32,000 bases of DNA from Pirellula staleyi DSM 6068 (GTDB lineage Bacteria; Planctomycetota; Planctomycetia; Pirellulales; Pirellulaceae). The position numbers and the translations under genes are program-made. How positions within the stretch are numbered: position 1 is the first letter of the stretch; the number at the start of each line of letters is the position of its first letter. The notes under the pieces were generated by a model. The model had not been told where the DNA came from. It saw nothing but the letters and a program-made list of their open reading frames with translations, and ran no database searches. Of this stretch, positions 25,526-32,000 are shown one piece after another. The stretch spans positions 3,090,001 through 3,122,000 of the forward strand of contig CP001848.1 of assembly GCA_000025185.1 (NCBI GenBank), written 5' to 3'.

Positions 25526-26470
25526 CTAAGCTTCGAGTGGCTGCCAGGCTCGCACTGCATAGTGAGCGAGTGGGTCGCGGGGAAAATGCTGGGGATGGAA
25601 CAAGTGGGCCAGTAGCTCCAGCGTATCGATGATGCGCGGACCACTCCGGTTGAGGAGCGCGTTGCCATCGATGACGTAGACGCGTCCTTCACGCACCGCC
25701 TTCAGATCGCGATATCCAGGAAGCGAAGTCACTTGCCTCGCTTCGAGCTTGGTTCGCTCGAGATCAAAGCCGCAGGCTGCCAGCAGCAAGAGATCGGGAT
25801 CGGCGTCGACTACCTGCTGCCAGGTTGCGTACTCACTGTGCGCTCCCGCTTTGGTGAGCAGGCTTGTGCCCCCAGCGATTTGCAGAAGTTCGGGCGTCCA
25901 GTTGCTCGCCGTCATCAGCGGAGCAAACCATTCGAGACAGACCACGCGTGGTCGCTGGTGAGGGAGCAGCGAATTGGTGATCGACTGCACGTGCTCGATG
26001 CGTGAGGCCAGCTGAAACCGCAGCTGCTGACCACGATCGGGAACACCCGCAGCCGTGGCGACACGCTCGGCATCGTCGAGGATATCGGTGAGCGAGAGAG
26101 GCTGCAGCGCGACAATCTTGGTGGCGACAAGATTGGGGGTTCGCGCGACGGCATCAACCACGTCTTCGTAGCGCACGGCACAAACGTCGCACTGTGCCTG
26201 GGTGATCACCAGATCGGGAGCTAGAGTCGCAAGCAGCTGCTCGTCGACTTCGTAGAGCGGCTCGCAGCGGCGGAGAAGTTCGCGAACTTCGAGATCAATC
26301 TCGCTACTCGGTTTCGCCGAGTCGATGCGACTCCGGGTAGCTTGCGGCAGCGATCGCACCTGCGCCGGGAAGTCGCATTCGTGGCTGACAGCGAGCAACT
26401 TATCGCCGAGTCCCAGTGCGCACACAAACTCGGTGGCACTCGACAGCAAGGAGACGATGCGCTCGGCCAC
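25526..26470 (-). CDS. BtuF/TroA-like periplasmic-binding-protein-fold protein (cobalamin/siderophore-binding family) with no signal peptide
   Basis: MAERIVSLLSSATEFVCALGLGDKLLAVSHECDFP...PDLVITQ...VVALQP...VVCLEW..PLM.A..W..EL...AGG matches the Peripla_BP_2/BtuF strand order from the first residue. The start is GTG, with AGGAAA 11 nt upstream. The gene begins 37 nt after the upstream gene's stop. Confidence 0.8.
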   Translation of the reverse strand: MAERIVSLLSSATEFVCALGLGDKLLAVSHECDFPAQVRSLPQATRSRIDSAKPSSEIDLEVRELLRRCEPLYEVDEQLLATLAPDLVITQAQCDVCAVRYEDVVDAVARTPNLVATKIVALQPLSLTDILDDAERVATAAGVPDRGQQLRFQLASRIEHVQSITNSLLPHQRPRVVCLEWFAPLMTASNWTPELLQIAGGTSLLTKAGAHSEYATWQQVVDADPDLLLLAACGFDLERTKLEARQVTSLPGYRDLKAVREGRVYVIDGNALLNRSGPRIIDTLELLAHLFHPQHFPRDPLAHYAVRAWQPLEA

Positions 26471-26507
26471 GGCTACGAGATTTCCTGACGTCCAATTGGC
26501 AACGCTA

Positions 26508-28376
26508 CTACTCCGCTGGTTTCACGTCCGCAGGCTTTTCGTCGGCCGATTTGTCATCGGCCGGTGTTGCCTCGGCGGGCTTTTCGTCCGCAGGCTTTTC
26601 CTCCGCTGGTTTATCGGAGGTCGGCTTATCGTCCGTCGGTTTGTCTGCTGCAGGCGTTTCTACAGCAGGTTTGGGCTCGGCCGGTTTGCTTTCCTCAGGC
26701 TTGTCGGCTGGCTTCTCTGCAGGTTTCGTCTCGGCAGGCTTCTCGTTGGCCGCTTCTTCCAGCAGCTTGACTTGTTCCAGCAGCGTTTGCCCTTCCGCGT
26801 GACGTTCGAGAAGCGACTTCAGTACAAAGTCCTTCGGAAACGGCTGTTCGATCTGACCGAGCAAGCTGCGGTACTTTTTGATCGAGTCGATCAAGTCTTG
26901 GGCCTCAGCGTTCTCCATCAAGTCGGGAAATTCGCGGAAGATCTCGGACCAAAGGCCCCACGCTTCTTCGTACTTTTCCTTCGCCACAGAGAACTGCTCA
27001 CCCGTTTCGGTAAGCAGGTCGGCATCGTAGACCAGTTTGCGAGCGGTGAGTGTGCGCGGCATCTTCTCGGCGCGACAACGGCTACGCCAGTATTCGAAGT
27101 TGACGATGCCCCGATAACGTCCGATCCAGTCGGCGAGTTCGACGTCGGATTCCATACGCTCGGTCAGTTCGCGAATGGCGTTACGTTTTTCTTTCGGTGC
27201 ACCGGCGATCACTTCGGCATTGGTGACGTTGATTTTGGTGGTCGCTTCGCGAGCAAGTGCGAACTCGTCGAAGGTGCGAGTCGCTTCCGGTTTCTTGAGA
27301 GCCGCTTTCTCTTCGTCGCTCAGCTTCGATTCACGCTCGGCCTTCAGTGCGGCACGAACACCGGGAGCCAGCTTATCGATTTCAGCATCGGCAGCTGCCA
27401 AGCGGTCGCGGGCTGCTTCGAGGTCGTTCAGGCGAATATTGAGGCCGCTGGACGTAGGGATTTCGCGATTGCCGTAACACTCTTCACCCACGTCGAGCTG
27501 TGATCGATCTTCGTAGTCGCTCGAGTGCCAAGCACCCGCAGCGGCACGCCAAGCGAGTTCCGTTCGGTCTTCAAAGCGTCCATCCTTAGCCATCGCACTG
27601 GCGGAATTGATGCGCGACATCGGACTGCCGCTGTAAAACAGCAGCGGGCTTTTTCCACGAATCGGCTTGCCGGTGTAAACCACCGAGTCGATGGCTTTGT
27701 TGTACCACAGCCGCGCCACGAGCCAGTTGTCGGGCTTACCGTCGGGGCCTTTCGCTTGTTCGCGATCGACTTCGACGCCGTTCTTACGGAACAGTTCGTG
27801 GAAATCCTTGTCGTCGCGGAACAGGCGGCGGAACTGCTTGGACTCGTCCGAGCGACCGATCTTTTGGCCCACGAACCAGCCAACCTGATAGAGCAAACCA
27901 GGTTCGTTGCGGTTGTACTGCGTGCCGGTGATGAGGAAGTCGATCCCCTTCTTCACCCACTCATAGCGAAAGCGATAGTCGTCGAACTCAACCGAAACGT
28001 TGTACGAAAGGTTGTGTGCTTGGAATTCCCAAACGCCGAGGAAGTTCGGCTGCAGGCGGATGATCTGGTTGACGGTCAGTTCGAGATTGTCCCAGTCTTC
28101 CACCTTCTTAAAGTGGTTGGCATAACCCCACAACAAGTTGGCAGCAACACCGCGCAAACCGAGCGTGGCGAGTTTCATCGACTCGCTGGCAGGATCGATT
28201 TCGCCGAGCTGAGCTTGCGCGAGACCATATTCCGAGCGGAGCTGCGAGAGCTTGCCACCAGCCGAGGCATCTTTGCCGATGGTCGCCGGCTGGCTGAGTG
28301 CCGCGAGCGGCAACAGCAACAGGGCAATGGCGGCGATGTAGCGAACTTTACGAGCAAACGAGGCATTGCGGTTCAT
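26508..28376 (-). CDS. Secreted hypothetical protein (622 aa) with [KE]PA-rich C-terminal tail
   Basis: The signal peptide is RYIAAIALLLLPLAALSQP. A ~510-aa mostly helical-looking body is rich in W, Y, F and charged residues, and I recognise no family. Its ATG overlaps the permease stop codon (ATGA at 28373-28376). Confidence 0.75.
   Translation of the reverse strand: MNRNASFARKVRYIAAIALLLLPLAALSQPATIGKDASAGGKLSQLRSEYGLAQAQLGEIDPASESMKLATLGLRGVAANLLWGYANHFKKVEDWDNLELTVNQIIRLQPNFLGVWEFQAHNLSYNVSVEFDDYRFRYEWVKKGIDFLITGTQYNRNEPGLLYQVGWFVGQKIGRSDESKQFRRLFRDDKDFHELFRKNGVEVDREQAKGPDGKPDNWLVARLWYNKAIDSVVYTGKPIRGKSPLLFYSGSPMSRINSASAMAKDGRFEDRTELAWRAAAGAWHSSDYEDRSQLDVGEECYGNREIPTSSGLNIRLNDLEAARDRLAAADAEIDKLAPGVRAALKAERESKLSDEEKAALKKPEATRTFDEFALAREATTKINVTNAEVIAGAPKEKRNAIRELTERMESDVELADWIGRYRGIVNFEYWRSRCRAEKMPRTLTARKLVYDADLLTETGEQFSVAKEKYEEAWGLWSEIFREFPDLMENAEAQDLIDSIKKYRSLLGQIEQPFPKDFVLKSLLERHAEGQTLLEQVKLLEEAANEKPAETKPAEKPADKPEESKPAEPKPAVETPAADKPTDDKPTSDKPAEEKPADEKPAEATPADDKSADEKPADVKPAE
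26511..26747 (-). repeat. Low-complexity KPAE/KPAD-type repeat tail (79 aa)
   Basis: NEKPAETKPAEKPADKPEESKPAEPKPAVETPAADKPTDDKPTSDKPAEEKPADEKPAEATPADDKSADEKPADVKPAE. The DNA shows reiterated GGCTTTTC[GC]TC[CG]GC-type units. Confidence 0.85.
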
Positions 28377-30223
28377 GCTGCAATTTCCCGTGTCTTTAGA
28401 AAGAAATAGCCAACCACAGCGACTACTAAAGTGTAAACCGCTGCCATCGTCACTTGTTGCAGCACCACATCGCTGAAGATGTCGTAGCCGTTGGCAACAA
28501 ACTTGGTCGTATCAAACCGGTTGTAATCGGGCAGCACATATGTGGCGACGCGAATCGACTGCATCAAGACCTGGTCGATCCCTTGCACCACCATGGCGGC
28601 AATGCTGTTGATATCGAGTTCGTTCTGCACGTTCTGCTGAGTGAGCAATCGAATCGTCGACTCGATCGGTCCACCACCTTCGACAGCACCGGTCGCCACC
28701 TCGCGAACAAATTGTCCGAAGTAGCCGAGAATGATTCCCGAAAGTGCGGCGAGCATAGCCACAGGACCACTCAGGAAGGTGCTGAAGGTGACGCCGAAGC
28801 TGGTCACCAGCAGCATCTGCATCCAGATGCTGAAGTAGGCCTTCACCATGTTGAGTTCGAACGTGCTGTCGCCGGGACGGAGATAAACGTCGGCCTGAGC
28901 CACACCAAAGTATTGGCCTGGTTCCGCACAGCGAATCACCACTTCCACTTGACCTTCGTGCACCAGATCTTCAAAGAGATCGAGTTTGCTCGACCCGCTA
29001 CCGAGTGCGCCGGTCAATTCTCGCTTGATCAAACGGAAGTCGGAAACGAATTCCTTCGACTCAAACGGGATCGGACCGCTGCTGCGAACTTTGGCTTTAT
29101 CGTTGGGATTGCGAATGATGATTTCGCCGAGAATACCGCGTTCGATATCACCTTTGAACGTGCGGAACACACGCAGGTTGAGTTCGAGCGGGAGACCATC
29201 GGGATAGCGCTCGGGAGTGATGCCGCTGAAGGTCCAAGAGGCTTCGGACTTGCTGCGTGCTCCACCTTCGATGTAGCCGCGATATTCCCATTCGCTACCG
29301 ACGTTAATCCCTTTGCCAACGGTGCCGTCGCGATCGCGAATCACCAGCGAACCGAACACCGGGGAGCGAGCGATCAGATGTCCTTCAGGTGGTCCGACGA
29401 GATACTTCGCGTCGTCTCCTTCGCCGACACGGGTCACTTCGTGCGTGTGACCCATCACCAAATTGGTGCGCCCTTTGCCATCGGGACCGACTTCAAACGT
29501 GTGACGATGGTGCGAATCTCGCGAGGTTTGACCGGCGAGTCGTGCGCCGCTGCTGGTGCTTCCCGATTCGTCCTCGATCACAGTTTCGACTTCGACGACG
29601 TGGTCGTGCGTGAGACCACGCACCACGAAGATGTAACTGAGCAGACCCATTCCCGCGATCATCGCTGTGCCAACAGCAGCAAAACCGATGATACGACCGA
29701 ACACAATTTCGCTGGCGCGAATCGGCTTGGTGACAACGGTGTAGATCGTTCGATTTTTGATGTCGTTGGGTAAGCTGAACGTGCTGAGGAAGAGCGCCAT
29801 CAGCAGCACGAGATAGTTGGTAGAAACAAGCACGGTGCTCAAGTAAACACGCGCCGGGTTACCATTTTCGACGTCGAGAAAAAGACCTGCGAACAGCAGC
29901 AGCACAACGAACACGGCAAAGCCAACGAGCACGCGGTTACGAATCGCTTCTTGAATGGCAACGCGAGCGATGGCCATGGTGCGACGCATTGAAAAGCGTG
30001 GCAAATCTTCGGTGACCCCCGAGAAAATCGAGCGAGCCACAAGATAGAACGCTTCACTGGGGCCGAGTGGAATGGAAGCCACTAGGAACCAGATCAGTGG
30101 AATCACCATGCCGAGAATCAGCAGGATGGCGATCGAACCGAGCAAAAAGCCCCATTCTCGTGGATCCCGCGGATTGCCGAGCAGCCATTCGTTGTACTTA
30201 ATGACTTGATATTCAAACGCCAT
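28373..30223 (-). CDS. ABC-2-type (NosY/GldF-like) transporter permease with a ~260-aa extracytoplasmic insert
   Basis: MAIARVAIQEAIRNRVLVGFAVFVVLLLF...LPNDIKNRTIYTVVTKPIRASEIVFGRIIGFAAV is the typical ABC-2 permease N-terminal signature. TM segments resume after aa ~460. An extra N-terminal TM hairpin (aa 25-55) is predicted. There is no clear SD at 30223, so an internal start (M79/M83) cannot be excluded. Confidence 0.8.
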   Translation of the reverse strand: MAFEYQVIKYNEWLLGNPRDPREWGFLLGSIAILLILGMVIPLIWFLVASIPLGPSEAFYLVARSIFSGVTEDLPRFSMRRTMAIARVAIQEAIRNRVLVGFAVFVVLLLFAGLFLDVENGNPARVYLSTVLVSTNYLVLLMALFLSTFSLPNDIKNRTIYTVVTKPIRASEIVFGRIIGFAAVGTAMIAGMGLLSYIFVVRGLTHDHVVEVETVIEDESGSTSSGARLAGQTSRDSHHRHTFEVGPDGKGRTNLVMGHTHEVTRVGEGDDAKYLVGPPEGHLIARSPVFGSLVIRDRDGTVGKGINVGSEWEYRGYIEGGARSKSEASWTFSGITPERYPDGLPLELNLRVFRTFKGDIERGILGEIIIRNPNDKAKVRSSGPIPFESKEFVSDFRLIKRELTGALGSGSSKLDLFEDLVHEGQVEVVIRCAEPGQYFGVAQADVYLRPGDSTFELNMVKAYFSIWMQMLLVTSFGVTFSTFLSGPVAMLAALSGIILGYFGQFVREVATGAVEGGGPIESTIRLLTQQNVQNELDINSIAAMVVQGIDQVLMQSIRVATYVLPDYNRFDTTKFVANGYDIFSDVVLQQVTMAAVYTLVVAVVGYFFLKTREIAA

Positions 30224-30310
30224 AGAAGCGGTTCGATTGCAAAAAGTTCGAAGTGTAAAGCGTGAGGAACATCTACCGCGAGGCGAGCCTGGGGCTCATC
30301 AGCCGATCGG

Positions 30311-31237
30311 CTATTTGCCGCCCGATGCTCGACGACCAGGACGAGCTTCGCTGTCGCGGACGATGTTGAGGAACAGTTCTTCGAGCGACAGGGTGGGGTG
30401 GTCCATGCCGAGCAATTCACCACCATGCTTTTCGATGACAGCACGAATCTCGGCTTCTGCTGCGGCCGAAAGTCCCTTGGCTCGCACCTGCGTCACGTCT
30501 TGCACGGTGAGGAGCGTATCGACCCGTCCCAGTTCCTTGAGCTCGCCTTGATGCAGGATCGCAATGCGGTCGCACACGTCCTGCACATCGGGGAGCAAGT
30601 GGCTGCTCATCAGAATCGTTTTGCCTTGATCGCGAAGTTTCAGAATCAAGTCCTTCATTTCGCGCGTACCAATCGGATCGAGACCCGAGGTTGGTTCGTC
30701 GAGCAGGATCAGTTCTGGCTCGTTGATCAGAGCTTGGGCCAAGCCGATGCGGCGCGTCATACCTTTGGAGTACTCGCGGAGCTGTCGTTTGCGGGCTCCT
30801 TGCAAACCGACACGCTGAATCAGTTCGTCGGTCCGTTCTTTCCGAACCGCTGCGGGCATGTCGAAGAGGCGGCCGTAGAAGTCGAGCGTCTCTTCGGCGT
30901 TCAAAAATTTGTAGAGGTAGGACTCTTCCGGCAGATAACCGATCCGCTCGTTCTTGGTCACTTCGGTCGCCTCTTGGCCAAACACCAGGGCCTGACCACT
31001 GGTGGGGAAGAGTAGTCCGAGCAGGAGCTTGATGGTGGTCGACTTGCCCGAACCGTTCGGCCCGAGGAGGCCGAAGATCTCCCCCTTTTTGATTTCGAGG
31101 TCGAGTGCCTTCAAGGCCCGCACTTTTTGACGGCCCCAGAAGTCGCGATAGACCTTCGACAAACCGCGGGTCTCGATCACGACATCGTTGGAGACCGGTG
31201 GGCGAGTGCTTTTGGCAGGTGCTGTCTGAGTGCTCAT
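30311..31237 (-). CDS. ABC transporter ATP-binding protein (ABC-2/DrrA-CcmA-type)
   Basis: Walker A is GPNGSGKST. The Q-loop is GYLPEE. The signature-like motif is [15 protein letters not shown]. Walker B is [12 protein letters not shown]. The H-loop is SSHLL. There is also a C-terminal ~70-aa accessory domain. Confidence 0.95.
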   Translation of the reverse strand: MSTQTAPAKSTRPPVSNDVVIETRGLSKVYRDFWGRQKVRALKALDLEIKKGEIFGLLGPNGSGKSTTIKLLLGLLFPTSGQALVFGQEATEVTKNERIGYLPEESYLYKFLNAEETLDFYGRLFDMPAAVRKERTDELIQRVGLQGARKRQLREYSKGMTRRIGLAQALINEPELILLDEPTSGLDPIGTREMKDLILKLRDQGKTILMSSHLLPDVQDVCDRIAILHQGELKELGRVDTLLTVQDVTQVRAKGLSAAAEAEIRAVIEKHGGELLGMDHPTLSLEELFLNIVRDSEARPGRRASGGK

Positions 31238-31766
31238 GGAAGAATCGCTAGTGGCGCGCTTGGTGAACCGTGACAGGGCAGATTAGGGAATTGTCTTGAC
31301 GATCGAGTGACCTCGACTGGTGCCAGTGGTCTCGCGAGGGGCGAGGCGTGCAAGCAGCCGAAGTGGAAGAGGAGAAGCAGTTTAGTGTAACTCGGTGCGG
31401 TCTCGGGCTGAAGGATCAAACCGGGGCAAAATTGGTACGAAGGTGGCCAGAACTGGCACATCAGGCACTATGACCGGCGTAAATGGGAATTCGCCCAAGT
31501 CTTCCCGTGACAGCATTTACGCCAGCATCCTGGTGGTGGTTCAAACCGTTGTTTGTAAAAAAGTCAAAAGCCAAAAGGGCTGCAAAACATCGTTAGCAAC
31601 GCCTCCCAAACGGTTATAGGCGGCACCCCGCCTGCCCGCAAGGATCGTCCTAAGGTCTTGCCAGTTAAGAATCTGCAAACAATCGAAGAGGATCGCTAGC
31701 AGGGCTGGAAGGGAGCCCGCAGGTGGCGTTTGTACGTTTTTCAGCTCCGGAAAGAGTTACAAACGT

Positions 31767-31810
31767 CAAGAGCGGTTTGTGGGGGCCGCTTAAGTTGCTC
31801 TTGATTTTTT
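31767..31810 (+). terminator. Terminator-like hairpin in the right-hand intergenic region
   Basis: CAAGAGC (31767-31773) pairs with GCTCTTG (31797-31803). An alternative inner pairing is AGCGG with CCGCT. ATTTTTT follows at 31804-31810. No plus-strand CDS ends here, so if functional it would terminate a non-coding transcript. Confidence 0.35.
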
Positions 31811-31877
31811 CTAAGTCCCTGTTTTTGCGGTAGTTAAGGGCGGGTAGAGGTTGTTTTTTCGCCGTTTTTGGAGCGTT

Positions 31878-31893
31878 TGGCACGGTTGGTGCA
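31878..31893 (+). promoter_or_regulatory. Sigma54 (-24/-12)-like promoter candidate pointing at a gene starting just past the window end
   Basis: TGGCACGgttgGTGCA compared with the consensus TGGCACG-N4-TTGCW: the GG and GC dinucleotides are correctly spaced, with one mismatch in the -12 element. It lies about 95 nt upstream of a strong SD, AAGGAGG, at 31985-31991. An equally good match occurs by chance inside fliC (5022-5037), so confidence is limited. Confidence 0.35.
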
Positions 31894-32000
31894 TTATGTC
31901 TCTTCCATCAGCGACGCACTCGCCTCTGCCGAAGGCGAGTCCCATGGAACCAATTCGAAAACTCCCGATCCGGAAACTTGCTTCAAGGAGGAAGCCTATT

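Noticed and set aside
26325-31015. Plus-strand ORFs 26325..27503 (392 aa), 27525..28409 (294 aa), 28454..29773 (439 aa) and 30398..31015 (205 aa) opposite the ABC operon
   Set aside because: They are antisense shadows. The minus-strand products have Walker motifs, TM helices and signal peptides, and the plus-strand products have none.
31238-31700. Possible cobalamin riboswitch upstream of the ABC operon (prompted by the BtuF-like gene)
   Set aside because: I read both strands and found no B12-box-like core (GCCACTG / AGxCxGGAGACCxGCC-type) and no GGTG...AA.CC block. The AATGGGAA similarity at 31482-31489 is on the wrong strand for that operon.
1-32000. Searched for CRISPR arrays, IS elements or transposases, integrases, phage genes, toxin-antitoxin pairs and known defence-system hallmarks
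   Set aside because: I found no regularly spaced direct repeats, no terminal inverted repeats flanking an ORF, and no recombinase, nuclease or helicase-type motifs in any credible ORF. The window looks like core chromosome.

Overview
The window looks like a chromosomal segment from a Planctomycetota genome, probably Pirellulales-like. That assignment is inferred from two large DUF1549/DUF1553 (PSCyt/PSD) proteins, a Tat-signal DUF1501 protein, a cytochrome-c/WD40 fusion, and several Ala/Pro/Lys-rich low-complexity tails. I saw no rRNA, tRNA, CRISPR array, transposase or integrase. The content falls into four blocks. (1) nt 1-9847, + strand: a late-flagellar locus, flgL (cut by the window edge), fliW, csrA, flagellin, fliD, fliS. 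It has clear terminators after csrA and after the flagellin gene. The axial proteins are unusually large because they are built from repeated IN-motif-like modules. (2) nt 10245-15909: housekeeping and small genes. These are an MqnA/MqnD-family protein, a small membrane protein, a thioredoxin-fold redoxin, nadA, two tandem paralogous single-pass membrane proteins, and a repeat-bearing Ala/Pro-rich protein. (3) nt 16207-25359: two divergently transcribed PSCyt/PSD clusters on either side of a 750-bp intergenic region. (4) nt 25526-31237, - strand: a compact four-gene operon. It encodes an ABC ATPase, an oversized ABC-2 permease with a His-motif-bearing extracytoplasmic insert, a 622-aa secreted protein, and a leaderless BtuF-like binding protein. 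This operon is my best candidate for an undescribed system. Other points worth follow-up are a module shared by FlgL, flagellin and FliD, the GGA-rich non-coding DNA around csrA, and a structured intergenic region with a sigma54-like promoter at the right edge. All functional calls rest on motif recognition by eye, with no database search.
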